Assembly: GCA_963825865.1 (NCBI GenBank)
Contig: CAWGVG010000053.1
Location: 1-39,176, forward strand
DNA length: 39,176 bases
Direction of reading: 5' to 3'
Origin: an uncultured Nitrososphaeraceae archaeon
GTDB lineage: Archaea; Thermoproteota; Nitrososphaeria; Nitrososphaerales; Nitrososphaeraceae
The first letter of the stretch is position 1. Each line of letters begins with the position of its first letter. The notes below the pieces were generated by a model that saw nothing but the letters and a program-made list of their open reading frames with translations, searched no databases and was not told the origin of the DNA. Of this stretch, positions 9,666-20,908 are shown piece by piece. The translations under genes and the position numbers were made by a program.

Positions 9666-11081
9666 CTACTTATGGACGCCGCTAATGCACTGACTGTAAC
9701 TGATCTTGTATTCACAATTTTCAATACACGTAGATTCCTTAACATAGAGATCTGTATGTCTATATTTTAATATTCCCTGTATACCTCCAAGATCACGATA
9801 GAATACCTCATTTCCTTCAGCACCGATAACTCGGACTATATCGCCCATCTTCCACTGGTTTAATTTATCTAATTTCTCGTCATCTTCTATTAAAACAATT
9901 ACTCCAGTATCATCCCCAAGTAATAGATAAGTTATATTCATTAGTGTATCAAGTTTAGAATTTTTTTGATTTTTTATTTTCTTAGGATTACTTAACACTA
10001 TTGCTTCTACCATTAGGGACGGACAGGAGTCGATATCCTTAATTTTTGTATTCCATGAAGATGGAGAGGTGTTAAGATTCTTAGACGGTTGAATTTCTTG
10101 TTTACTATCAAATAGTATAAGCGGTCTAAGAAGTCGTTTATCAATGTCAGGATCGTCCTCCTGGATTAACTTCTCAAGAGTTTGTTTCTTTCTTAACCTT
10201 AATTTCATTAGAAGCGATTGTTCCAATTCTGGCCTTATAGTCCGCCATGAGACCATGTCATTCATATGCTCTATTAATTCTTGTTTATCATAGCCATTCA
10301 TATGCTCTATTAATTCTTTTTTATCATCGCCATTCATATAGTCCATTAATTTTTTTCCATTAAATTTTACATTCCATCTTTTATTTTTCAGTTCCACTTT
10401 ATGATCCCACAATTTTTTTCCATTAACTTCTATGTTCCAATCTACGCAATAGCAAAACCTTTTTTCGTAAGTAGGCGATCCTTTTATCCTGAAAATTATC
10501 TCAAGATTATATTGACCAATAGCTTCTATACCATCACCTCTATAAAACTCCCAAATTGCGCGGTTTGTAGTACCACTAGCATTTGCTATTAGTAATTTAT
10601 TTGGAAGTATGGATTCCTTTGTTTTAGTCGATGTTCTTGATCTCCTAAATCCAGCATTAAATTTAGCAAATATTGTATCTAAAAAACCGTAACCAGCATT
10701 TGCTCCACCGCCTGCGCTTAGTTCGCTTTCAGATTTTCGCATTTCTTTAATGTCTCCAACTGTTGTCGATATATTAGTTGGACAAATTGAGACGACCTCA
10801 GGTTTTGGCATATCGTCTCTCATCGGTATCAAGACAAATCTGATATGGACACTTTTTATATTGTTTTGACCCTTGGCGCCCACACCCACCATTGTATTTA
10901 AAGAAAAATAAGTACGGTCTTTAGGACTTGATATCTGCATCTCAGGTTTATTTTCTTTCCACATGTTTGGTATCATGGGAGGCTTATCTATTTTAAATGC
11001 GTAAAAAGTATGCTCAATACTTCCATAAACCGAAGGTGGTTTGTTACGTATGCGCTCCCATACTGACCGTTTGGGAAACAT
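9666..11081 (-). CDS. 471-aa protein: putative beta-PFT-like N-domain, repeat linker and C-terminal RPA/SSB-like OB fold
   Basis: Intact ORF. C-terminal 'KIKDI...VEAIVL...LLGDDTGVIVL...GDIVRVIGA...LYV' fits an archaeal OB fold. N-terminal 'SICPTN...SESELSAGGGANAG...KFNAGFRRSRTSTKT...AIWEF' is a Ser/Thr/Gly-rich hairpin. Confidence 0.6.
   Translation of the reverse strand: MFPKRSVWERIRNKPPSVYGSIEHTFYAFKIDKPPMIPNMWKENKPEMQISSPKDRTYFSLNTMVGVGAKGQNNIKSVHIRFVLIPMRDDMPKPEVVSICPTNISTTVGDIKEMRKSESELSAGGGANAGYGFLDTIFAKFNAGFRRSRTSTKTKESILPNKLLIANASGTTNRAIWEFYRGDGIEAIGQYNLEIIFRIKGSPTYEKRFCYCVDWNIEVNGKKLWDHKVELKNKRWNVKFNGKKLMDYMNGDDKKELIEHMNGYDKQELIEHMNDMVSWRTIRPELEQSLLMKLRLRKKQTLEKLIQEDDPDIDKRLLRPLILFDSKQEIQPSKNLNTSPSSWNTKIKDIDSCPSLMVEAIVLSNPKKIKNQKNSKLDTLMNITYLLLGDDTGVIVLIEDDEKLDKLNQWKMGDIVRVIGAEGNEVFYRDLGGIQGILKYRHTDLYVKESTCIENCEYKISYSQCISGVHK
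10259..10339. repeat. 36-bp in-frame tandem repeat (about 2.25 copies)
   Basis: cattcatatgctctattaattctt(g/t)tttatcat(a/c)gc twice plus a partial copy. Encodes MNGDDKKELIEH / MNGYDKQELIEH / MN. Confidence 0.95.
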
Positions 11082-11195
11082 AGTTCACTTCCATTGATCT
11101 ATCTTAAAAAATTTTCTTCTGTTAGAGCTCAGTCCAGTAACTGCTTTTGACCTTTCTGTCATGTCTTGTTGTTCTAAATCCTCTTAGCTCAGAGG

Positions 11196-11294
11196 CTATA
11201 GGTTATGAACATTCATTAATTTTCTACACTTAGCACATCTATGATCCTGTCTGCGTAAAATCTTAACCTTAATATCATCCGAAAAGTCCTTCCT
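11196..11294 (-). pseudogene. HNH endonuclease N-terminal fragment
   Basis: RKDFSDDIKVKILRRQDHRCAKCRKLMNV matches the R..F....K..IL..Q..RCxxC lead-in of small HNH nucleases. The DH and HNH residues are missing. Confidence 0.65.
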
Positions 11295-11430
11295 ACAATC
11301 CATCTGAGATAAATGACTACTCCCAGAAATCCATGGGAATAGACCCAGCTTTTGGATCTTCAGCATTTGGAATTGTAATTATGCAGCGAGCCGATAACCA
11401 GATACAGATAATGCATGCTGAAGAATACAT
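11291..11430 (+). pseudogene. Viral terminase large subunit nuclease-domain fragment
   Basis: SYNPSEINDYSQKSMGIDPAFGSSAFGIVIMQRADNQIQIMHAEEY contains the 'GIDPA.G.S' first strand of the RNase H-like TerL nuclease domain. Confidence 0.6.
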
Positions 11431-11771
11431 TCTGAAATTCACATTTACATCATCTGTAGCTCAAACAAGTAAACTATGTGAGGATAGGCCAACAAGACCA
11501 TATAGTTCTGCTTGGATTACACACAGATATTGGATTCCAACGCAATTTGTCTGGAAAATGATTTTCACAGTCGAATTCCAATTATTATAACTTGTACCTA
11601 AAAAACATGATAATTAGGTTAATGCTGGAAAAACACCCTCGCAAATATATTTATCGTTTTTCAATACCAATCATCAGAAACCCAACCAGGATATATCGGA
11701 GGATATAATGCAGCATATGCCCAAAAATTTTACACTGTGAGGGCTAGTGCTATGTATATTGTGCATACTTC

Positions 11772-12032
11772 GTGCTACTACTCGTGAAGATTTTGAATCA
11801 AAAAATAGGCAAACTAGAATATTCAATAGGTAAGTATGAGATGCTTATTCGCGCAACTGTTCCAATAAGGTTTTTTGGTATGGATGAAGATGATGATCAA
11901 AGCAAATATTATTATCTACTGATTTCATTTGATTTGAAATCTAATGTTATTGATGTTATTGAAAATAAACTTATGTTATTTATAGAAAAGAATAAAGACA
12001 ATTTTGTTTTATCTCATCGCATATGTTGTTGA
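11772..12032 (+). pseudogene. Fragment of a small thaumarchaeal conserved protein (roadblock-like)
   Basis: 'KIGKLEYSIGKYEMLIRATVPI...YLLISFD' pattern. 5' part is frameshifted. Confidence 0.35.
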
Positions 12033-12059
12033 ATTCTGCATTTATTTATTATTTATCCA

Positions 12060-12332
12060 GATTTAGGTCATAGTGAAGAAAGAGTAAAGACAATTGATGG
12101 AAAAGGTGGATATGATATTGGTAGTAGCACTAATGTCACGTACATTGTTTATCCAAAGGGCAAGATCATGGTATATGTTGCATGTAGTGAAAATCCTTTC
12201 AAACTTGAAACTGATAATGATATAAGTTCATTGTTTGTTTTCTTTGGACAGGTAAGAGATAGACTACTGTATTTGTTAAGTGATGTAAGGGAGAGAATGG
12301 TTCCTGGTGTAATGCAATGGAGCCTTATCTGA
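12060..12332 (+). pseudogene. Internal fragment of a hypothetical protein (no start)
   Basis: Open frame not in the ORF track: ...NVTYIVYPKGKIMVYVACSENPFKLETDNDISSLFVFFGQVRDRLLYLLSDVRERMVPGVMQW. Confidence 0.45.
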
Positions 12333-13002
12333 TGTTAAGCTACACAAGGAAAGGTTAGTAGCGTATAGATGTATGGTAGAGAATTCAGCCCCAAATGAAA
12401 GATCAAGTCAAAAGCAATTGAAGGTCGAGATTAAATGAAAGTCAATATAAGGAGACAATGGAATGAATGGCGAATTGCTGAAGTGGATTTTACAAAACTT
12501 TTTTACTTGACAGATATTCTGGAAGTACGACATAATTAACCTCCGATATGGTCCCATTTTACATAATCGTTATCAAATAGATAGGCCTATGCTTCATATA
12601 ACGCATGGATGAATGGATATAAATATATCTATCTCAATCATGCTGCTGTTTTTAGATCGAACCCTGTTACCGTCGTCTTGTTATCATCTAATACCATACA
12701 ATACCTCTTTTGGGTCCTTACCAAATCCGATGAATAACGGAAATTTAGAAAATACAAGTTTAAAAAAGAAGTTGTAATAGATAGCAAATGCTTACAGGCT
12801 ACTAGCATATCAGCCGGATATTCAGTTTGTATAGAAATATCACCACAGATAATAAGAGTTGTTCCAAAGCCGAAAAGGTGGCAACTATAGTTAGCTTGGA
12901 TACATCAAAGTCTTAGATTTTATAAATTCGCCTGTATGTGTTAGCATTACTGCGATTTGCACTCCTATGTCAGTTTGTTTCAACGAATCTTCGATGCGTT
13001 AT

Positions 13003-13432
13003 ATGGAGGTAAATGGCATACAATGTAATGCAAATGAGCAACTTCTATTTCATATACATGCTCATCTTGATATCTTTATTAATGGTCAGGCTATATATGT
13101 GCCACCGTAAATTGGGATTATTCCTGACAAATGTATCTATTGGCTGCATACTCACGATGAAAAAGGCATCATACACATAGAGTCACCCTTAAAAAGAGAT
13201 TTTACACTAGGTCAGTTCTTCGATATATGGAGTAAAAAATTGAACAATCCCTCGGAATTTGCTAACATGTTTGGTGGAAAAAATACTCCTGAGGTATATG
13301 TTAATGGTCAGAAAAGTAACTGGTGTAAATTATAGGGAAATTAAGCTACATGCACTTGATGAAATTGCTCTAGTATATGGCAAGCCACCTGGTACCATAC
13401 CTTCAAGCTATGATTTTCCACAGGGATCATGA
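13003..13432 (+). pseudogene. His-rich conserved secreted metal-binding protein, disrupted
   Basis: NGIQCNANEQLLFHIHAHLDIFING..VPP*IGI..KCIYWLHTHDEKGIIHIESP...FTLGQFFDIW...VYVNG / ...DEIALVYG.PP..IPSSYDFPQG. In-frame TAA at 13108 and frameshift near 13315. Confidence 0.75.
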
Positions 13433-14018
13433 TCTCTTCATAGGAGTAATTGAACAAATATGGGCAACATTGACTCTGATAACAAAGGAAGATTAACAGC
13501 AAAGCAGTGAAAGAACAAACAGGAAGTTCAAAAATATCTAGTCCTGTTGCTTTCCAATCATGTTTCTTTGTATTTTCGTTGACAACAATATTTGATCTCA
13601 TTATCCAGTGGCCTATTATTTTGAATTTGATGCCATTGTATTTGTGCAAAATATCGTGTTATTCTATTATTTTCGAAACTGCCATAGACTTGATACTAGG
13701 TTGGATATTCACCAATAAATACAGACAAAGAATTTTCAATAGGTTAAGCAATACAGTAGTTGTTCTTTTTTACATGTAAAACGCGTTCACTTCAAATAAG
13801 AAAAAATTGAGGCTGAGCATGTGGATGGATTTCAGTAATTGGAAAATTATGTTAATATATGGTAATCCTGATGATTTGCATGGTATATAATTCAAAAGAC
13901 TGACTCAGTAGGTTGTCATAGTTAATAGTTGAAATTAACAAGTTACTTGGACAATAAAGGTTAAGGCACCAGAATTAGAGTTAATGTTATTAGATTAAGG
14001 ACAGCAATCATAGAATAT

Positions 14019-14282
14019 ATGAATAAAGGTAATAGTAATATTAAACAAGACAAGGAGGAAGAAGAACAGAGGCAAGTCAAACAGTTAAACCAAGAAATTA
14101 TGTTGGTTTTTGAGAAACATGCCGCATCTTTCGCACATGCTTCAGGAGCTTTACTTAGCGTATTGTATTTTATTTCAGAAAGGTACGGAAAGGCGCATCA
14201 GAAGAATAGAAAGATAATATTAGATTATTTTAAAACAGAGTTTGACAAATTTTTGAAAAAATTTGCTGAACAACAACGATAA
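14019..14282 (+). CDS. Hypothetical protein (87 aa)
   Basis: ATG-started ORF with plausible helical composition. No recognisable motif. Confidence 0.45.
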   Translation: MNKGNSNIKQDKEEEEQRQVKQLNQEIMLVFEKHAASFAHASGALLSVLYFISERYGKAHQKNRKIILDYFKTEFDKFLKKFAEQQR

Positions 14283-14949
14283 TGGAATATACTCATCTAC
14301 AACGCCTATTATGACGAATATCTTCTGGCGCATGTCAACAAAAACATGGCTTCCCCCCGCACCCCATACTTACATTTGGATATACTTCTCTTACACACCC
14401 TGTTGTATCATTGTCACAGCAAAAGGGATAACGGCTAAGGATTCTGAAAGCAGTAGTCCTGGACTAATTGGAAAAAGGATGGAGTTTTGTTAGTTCATCC
14501 GTCAGTTCTGATTGGATTTGTTAGAATGATGCGCAATTACGTCATCGAAAATGCGACTAGTGTTTTCAAGTCACTTTATGAGAAAATGAAAGAAAATCAA
14601 AACAATTCATCAATATGAATTGTATATTATTACAAATGATGTGTTAGAACAGGTAACGAATGATGAAAATGAAGTAGACTGGAAGCAGGCATTAAAGAGT
14701 TGGATTACTGCTGCAAAGAAAAATGAATCGATATTTGTTGAAGTGGATCTAAGTGGATGGAATGAAATAGGAGAAAGGATGAAAAATAAGAATTGACTCA
14801 GATACGTGTTGCAATAAGCTTCTTTTAATCATGCCTCAGATAGATATCAGCTACAAATCAAGGTTGATAAAAGATTTAGAACAATACTATGAGGCCATCA
14901 AATGTTTGGATAAATTAAAAGAAAAAGAGCAATCTAATGAACTTTGGTA

Positions 14950-15132
14950 TTAAGCTATTTGTTCAGCCAGTATTTTGTTATGAAGTGGCTCCTCTTCTTT
15001 CTCTTCTTCTCTTGGTTTTCTAATCTTCTTTTTTCTATTGGTGTCCTGATACCAACTTAATCCAAATATGGTCGCAACGCTGCCTGCAAATACTGCAAGA
15101 TCAGCTAGCAAACACATGGCTCCTGCCATCAC
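14950..15132 (-). CDS. Small single-pass membrane protein
   Basis: Hydrophobic N-terminal helix followed by a highly charged tail (RKKKIRKPREEEKEEE). Confidence 0.4.
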   Translation of the reverse strand: MMAGAMCLLADLAVFAGSVATIFGLSWYQDTNRKKKIRKPREEEKEEEPLHNKILAEQIA

Positions 15133-15480
15133 TATAATACTACAGATTAGAATACTTTAGTTTTACTATTTTCATATTCAAGGCTTAAAATATTTTTGGT
15201 TAGTAACAGACATGGATACGGTAATAGCACCATGCAGACATGAATCAGAATACTATGAAGAAGGAAATGGTGGAGCAACAGACTAACTATGTCTTATTTT
15301 TCTTCAGACTCTGAATTTGTTTGCTGTTTATAATATTGTCAAGTGTTAAGCTTATTTCTCTAATACATCATCTACTACCGTAGCATTAGTAGCGGATCCA
15401 ACTTTAGAGGATGAATTATGTATGCACAATATCCGAGCAACAATTGAGAAATACTGGAGGAAGAGGTAGTATAATAAAGG

Positions 15481-15600
15481 CAGCAAGACTATTGGGTCTC
15501 CATGGGCACCTATCATGTAGTGAAGTTGAATACCGTTGACAGATGCCATATGATGCGAAAAGGTCGCATTATCGATATCAAAAGATACTCCCTAGGCTGC
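15481..15600 (-). pseudogene. Alpha/beta hydrolase (epoxide hydrolase-like) N-terminal fragment
   Basis: DNATFSHHMASVNGIQLHYMIGAHGDPIVLL, cut just before the expected HGWP motif. Confidence 0.65.
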
Positions 15601-15619
15601 CGTTTTAACTTCGTCACAC

Positions 15620-15810
15620 GGTCACATGCTGTAAACAATTTACTCCCTAGAGGCACACTAAAAAATATAATCAATGAAAATCAATCCATCTGATCAGCAC
15701 ACATCACTAGCATATTGAGTTCAAAGTAAAATTTAATGATAACAGTTGATATCAGAGATAACAAGAAGATAGCAATGATAACAAATTGATAACAGATGAT
15801 AGCAAGAGCT
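15620..15810 (+). repeat. 191-bp dispersed repeat, copy 1, with phased GATANCA array
   Basis: Colinear with 22800-22990 (offset 7180). GATANCA at 15738, 15748, 15757, 15768, 15777, 15788, 15798. Confidence 0.95.
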
Positions 15811-16167
15811 TTAGTTTCTTTTTAGGGATACTCTCAGTCATTAGAAGCGGAGCTGGTGCTTCTTCTGTTTCTCACTTACAACCAAATATTGGAGTCATGG
15901 TACAATTTATTCCACCTATATCGGCATTTGCAGGCTTACTTAGCATAGGAGTTATATCAGGTGGTATAACCTATATTACAACGTATTTACAAAAATCAGA
16001 TAATCTAAAATTGTAAGGCGTCAGCTTAAAGAAGAGCAAGAAGCCGAAACTGGAAAAAAGCAGCAACAACAACCACTAATCAAGTTTTCTTAAGGGAGGA
16101 TTTGATTATGTATAGTATTTTTATTCTGTAGATAATGCTTATTATAAACAACTATTCCATTTGCCTA

Positions 16168-16650
16168 ATGGTTGAAGGAATAATAGGATTTTCTGACATG
16201 CTGAGTATAGCACAAACAGTTGGAATAGTAGGAACAATGGTATTGACATTAATTTTCTCAAAAAGACACATACAGAGTCTATCAAGTCATCAACAAACTA
16301 GAGTTCTAAATGACCTAGATGAAAAGGTTCGCAAGATGATAGAGATTATAATTGAAAAACCCTCAATGCAAAAAGTCATATATAAACTTGAAAAGCCATC
16401 AGAAGAATTAGCATTTGGATACTATATCTTGTTTATTTGTTCCCATGCATACGCTATGCGCGAAAGGAATGTGCTCAATGAAGAGGAATGGACAGGGTGG
16501 TTACATTGGATGAAAAATTGCTTTAAGTATGGAACTATAGGTGAACAATGGAAACAAATACAGTCAGAGGGATGGTTGAATCCCAGCTTTGAGAATTTCG
16601 TCAACAGAGAAATAATGGGAGCGAGATCACAACAACAATCTCCTGCATGA
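16168..16650 (+). CDS. Membrane-anchored conserved hypothetical protein
   Basis: Intact ORF. TM helix 'IAQTVGIVGTMVLTLIF' and 'AY.MR...VL.EEEW.GW..WM...F' C-terminal helical domain. Confidence 0.65.
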   Translation: MVEGIIGFSDMLSIAQTVGIVGTMVLTLIFSKRHIQSLSSHQQTRVLNDLDEKVRKMIEIIIEKPSMQKVIYKLEKPSEELAFGYYILFICSHAYAMRERNVLNEEEWTGWLHWMKNCFKYGTIGEQWKQIQSEGWLNPSFENFVNREIMGARSQQQSPA

Positions 16651-17101
16651 ATGCTATATTCTCTATCTCAAATGGTTAATCCTACTGTAGCAGATATTTG
16701 ATTGGACGATGATAAGACATCAACTGCTCGTATGATATGATGTCCTATCAAAAATTAGCGGGTGTATAGTTATGTTAATATTACAAAAGATCTGAGCGCT
16801 CCTCAACGAATATGAGCATGACTTTACCAGTAACCTTGTTACAATAATTGCAATAGGACCTTGGACCAAAAACATGATACCGCTTAGTATTGCAAAAAAT
16901 ATTCCGATCTCCTTTCTGTCCAGCTCAAGCCAGAGACAGCATGGATCGGAAAGGCGATATAGAAGATGTCAGACCCAAGAAAAATAAAGAAATACAATAA
17001 GAGCAAAAACGAAATATGCTTTAATGAAAACATCTATGAACTTAAGTCTCTGCGGGTTTGAGCTAATGGAACAATGTGTTTAATTCCAACGACGCTATGA
17101 T

Positions 17102-17463
17102 TTATCATTGGCAGGCAGTAACAAAGTACACCCGTGACTACTCCTGCAACAGGCACTGCGCAATTTCAATTGACGTCAATATTTGCTTACCAGGTCTATT
17201 CCATGGATTATAATCTGTCTACCACAAATCTAAAGGGCTTTACCACGGCTGATATTTATCTAGGTAAACCAGGAGAAAATGGACAGCCAGTAGCTTCGTT
17301 ATCCATGGGAAAAGATGGGTCTATCGGAGACCTTAAAGGACCATTGACAGGTAAAGATGTGCTAGAATTACACAGAATTATGGGAAATGGAAGTGCGTAT
17401 GTCAACGTTCACACACAGCAAAATCCAAATGGCGAAATCCGCGGACAAATAATGCCTGGTTAA
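17102..17463 (+). pseudogene. CHRD domain protein, 5' truncated and frameshifted
   Basis: 'LAGSNKVHP/VTTPATG.A', 'ADIYLG..GENG..V', 'G.AYVNVHTQQNPNGEIRGQI' are CHRD signature motifs. Confidence 0.85.
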
Positions 17464-17786
17464 GAGCATTGTAAGTTAGTCAGTTGACAATTACATATTA
17501 CTTGCCTTTTTGACAAATTCATCTTATCGATATAGTTTCAGCTTGCTACAGTCTAGTCAGTTGTGTGAGATATACTCCTGTCAGAAGGATATTGGAGGAA
17601 AAGAAGAGATAGTCGTACGAACTTCTAGTTAATAATCCTTAAGAATACAAACGATCAATAATACAATGAACAAAATTTATTTTTTTAAATGACCGTTTGC
17701 CAAAGTATAGATGAAAACGGCTGATCACGAGGATTTAGAGAATACAATTCAGTGGAGGCAGGCTTGATTTGGACATACTTTTGTAA

Positions 17787-17940
17787 TTCACATTTTTTCG
17801 CACTCACAATTCTTGGTAACCACATTTTGTTTTATCTTCAAAAGATCATAATTCCCAATTCTGTCCCCGTCATGATGGAAATTTATATTACCACTTGCGC
17901 CTTTATAGGAATTGGTCTCTTTTGAAACCTTGAGTAGTTT
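17787..17940 (-). pseudogene. C-terminal fragment of a type 1 periplasmic/ABC substrate-binding protein
   Basis: SYKGASGNINFHHDGDRIGNYDLLKI resembles the 'Y.GASG.I.F...GDR...YD' C-terminal motif. Confidence 0.55.
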
Positions 17941-18334
17941 GAGTCGCAATCAATTTGTAACCCTTAAAGCTTTCAATAAACTCAGCTCTGCCTTAGTTTA
18001 TGATGAGAAGTGGACCGCGAACACTACGTTAATGGTGATATGCAAATCTTAGTCACTAACGTTCTTATCCAAAAATTGAGGTAACTCCATAGCCTAGGTC
18101 TAAATCTTGAAAATGAGAGAATTGTGCTAGTGCAGATAACTTATATTTGTTGTATTCCCGTATCAACCAAGATTCTGGGTCCCGTTTCATTCAATCCCAA
18201 TATCGGAAGTTCCACTATATGGTACAATATGGTAGTCCATCACCATTCCTGCAAGAACACTGAGGATTCATAGTCATGACCAATCGATATTCGAACCGAA
18301 TCAAGAGGTTTTCGCTGGCTAACCGTCTTTGCAC

Positions 18335-18830
18335 TACATTATCATGAAACACAGGTCCGCCGAATACGCTTATCTTAAGATTTTCCACGTCAGTATCATC
18401 AAAAATGGCTTCCTCTAGACGGCCCCATAATCCATTCTTAGTTGATTGGTTAAAATCATCCATTTGTGGGGTAATGTTTGTAAAGTAGAATGAGTCCTTA
18501 TTGGCCGCTTTTGCCACAGGAAGTTCTCCCCATATCAAGTCGGCGCGGCGAGCGATATGACCCTGATCCAGTCTATTTACTTTGTATAACTGTTCTCCTA
18601 TTTGGTACTCGCTAGGTATATCAGGGTCAAGAACGAATCTAATTCCCTTCCGACTAACCTTTTTAATGTTTCCCCCATCAACATTCCAGCCAACGCAGAT
18701 AGCAAACCGTCTAAGCTTGTTAAGAGCGAGAGAAAAGTGCGTATAGTTAATCACCTCCAATCCACCTCGAATATATGCCTTTTGCATATTCGCCTTTGTC
18801 AGCTTTGGCAGTTCAATTCGTACTGGTAAA
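18335..18830 (-). pseudogene. DNA/RNA non-specific endonuclease (NucA/EndoG family) fragment
   Basis: 'YTHFSL', 'LDQGHIARR' (DRGH variant), 'SFYFTNITPQ...NQ...W..LE', 'VFGGPVF'. Truncated at both ends. Confidence 0.85.
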
Positions 18831-18899
18831 AATCTGCCGCGAAGCCTTCTTTCATGAAGATTACGAAGACGAAAATATTATTTAAAATTTTCATAAAGC

Positions 18900-19135
18900 T
18901 AATACAGGCCCTTAATGGTTTCGGTGTTGCTGGGATAAGCGCATTGGTTGGGTTAATGACTCCACAAATAACTAGGAAATTACGAGATGTTTTTGACCAA
19001 TTCTTTGGAATCGGAAAGTCCGAGGCAGAGAAAGGAGATGAGCCGGTAATCTATGCAACTTTAAAGTTGAATGCGGAAAGGAAAAAGATAGAGGTTGGCA
19101 AAGAATCGGTATTGATAGCAATATGTGCGATGTGA
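18900..19135 (+). pseudogene. Membrane protein fragment
   Basis: 'FGVAGISALVGLMT......L..VF...FG' hydrophobic motif. No credible start. Confidence 0.35.
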
Positions 19136-19770
19136 ACAGGGATGTTGAAATAGATGACAAGATGCAGTTGACATTACCGGATATCCAATTAAAGTATGCT
19201 GATAGGGTTTTCAGGCTATACGTAAAATCTTTGCATGATAAAGCAGTCTGTAGAGGTGAAGAATCACTCAAGCTAAACCTACTACTGCCAGAGGCGTTTG
19301 ACAGTATTAGGCATCCATACAAATCAATTGATAAGAAGTTAGATGAGATCCTACAAAGATCAAATAAATAATACATTTATTATAATTTCTTTAGCCAAGT
19401 GAAAACTTGGCCACCTTCTGTTATTGTTAATATCAAAGTTAGGATCAATTACAAGCAATTTTACCAACCGTCTGTCAGGAACGGATGCGCTATATAGCGC
19501 ATCTAAAAGAGGTCCCATAGTATTTCTAGCCAAGACGCGTATTTGATAACAAGGTTGATACAAGATAATAGCATATTAGCGAGAAAACTTCCAGTTGTTG
19601 GAAAGAGAGATTGGCTATTGATTTATGAAGACACCTTGCTTGAACTCTCCGTAAAGGATGCGTATGACGAATTGGAAATTGTGTTAGTATTTATCAATCT
19701 TTTTTTATGATTCAAAAATAATGTTATCTTTAAATAAACTATTCGGAGAGTGATCAAGAAGCGATACTTA

Positions 19771-20275
19771 TTATAATAAGATTGGTTCTCTTATTCTAAT
19801 CGTTTCGATTAATTTCTCAAGATAGTGCAGAGATTGCTCATTTCTTATAATTAGCTAGTAGTTCAAAAGCTTCCTGAGAAATTAAGGAATTACCTAATGA
19901 ATAATTTCTTAGTTGCTTTATCGTCCAATACCAGTTACCATATCGGTTTGCCTTATCTAAATCATTCAACAGGTCAATACTCTTAGTTTCAGCTGATAAT
20001 GCACTTTGGATTTTGTCTATTTCAATCCTATCAGATGGGATACTTAATCCAAATTTATCGTTTATCTTAAATAGAAGAGAGTCAACCGTTCCAATCATTT
20101 GACAAAGGAATGAGTCTATTTCTATTTCTGCAGTTGTTCTGACTTCGCTTGATGCAAGATCGTTATATCTCAATTCAATATCCTTTAAATTCTTCAAATG
20201 TTGTAGGCAGGCATAAAGCTTGAAGCTTATTCTGTCAGTCTGGAATTTCGAAAAATCTTCAGTAGACAAAATCAC
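19771..20275 (-). CDS. Helical hypothetical protein (HEPN-like), 3' frameshift
   Basis: 'EIDSFL..MIG..DSLL..IN', 'W...IKQLRN.S'. A tail 'EQSLHYLEKLIETIRIREPILL*' lies in another frame. Confidence 0.45.
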
Positions 20276-20449
20276 TGATAGAGCAGAGTTGTACTCAACC
20301 TAATATTTAGTCTTATTGCAGGAGCGGCATATTCTTTCAGAGGAAAGGATATTGGCAAGCTTGTCATATCTTCGTGCTAATCCAAAGACATGTATTTATC
20401 AGAAAATATATTCCTAAAACAATCAAATTAACGATAATACTTAGCAAAC

Positions 20450-20908
20450 ATGAAGAAGGAAAGGCATATGAAGTACACTATATCGTCTTATACATTACAG
20501 CCGGTTTGTCAATTAGGACACAAAAATGAGCAGAAAAGTAATAATACATCACAATTTTCAAATGAAAAGTACATTAACCTTGAGACATTTAGAAAAAATG
20601 GCCAAGCTGTGCAAACACCAGTGTGGTTTGTCATAGATGGCAGAATACTATATATCAGAACTGATATGAGTTCTGGGAAAGTAAAACGTGCAAAGAATAA
20701 TCCGCGTGTACGCATAACTCCATGTAATATTCGTGGACAACCAAAGGGTAAATGGATGGATGGTGAGATGAGAATGGCAAGTATTACTTCAGAATCAGAA
20801 AAGGCAAACCAACTTCTTAATAAGAAGTATGGCTTGAAAGGAAGGATAATAAGGACTTTCAACAGGCTTAGAAACACCAAGCCTATAGTATTTTCTATTC
20901 AAATCTAA
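20450..20908 (+). CDS. PPOX-class F420-dependent oxidoreductase
   Basis: 'KYINLETFRKNGQAVQTPVWF', 'SGKVKR..NNPRV.I.PC..RG', 'KKYG'. True start uncertain. Confidence 0.9.
   Translation: MKKERHMKYTISSYTLQPVCQLGHKNEQKSNNTSQFSNEKYINLETFRKNGQAVQTPVWFVIDGRILYIRTDMSSGKVKRAKNNPRVRITPCNIRGQPKGKWMDGEMRMASITSESEKANQLLNKKYGLKGRIIRTFNRLRNTKPIVFSIQI

Noticed and set aside
15738-15805. GATANCA array and the 27.4-kb array as CRISPR or mini-CRISPR
   Set aside because: Repeats are only 7-9 bp with no 25-45 bp repeat plus unique spacer structure, and no cas genes are visible.
16902-16951. Imperfect hairpin TTCCGATC...CTGTC...GACAG...GATCGGAA as ncRNA or IS200/IS605 end
   Set aside because: Only an 8-bp outer stem and weak inner pairing, no second copy and no associated tnpA/tnpB. 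Insufficient support.
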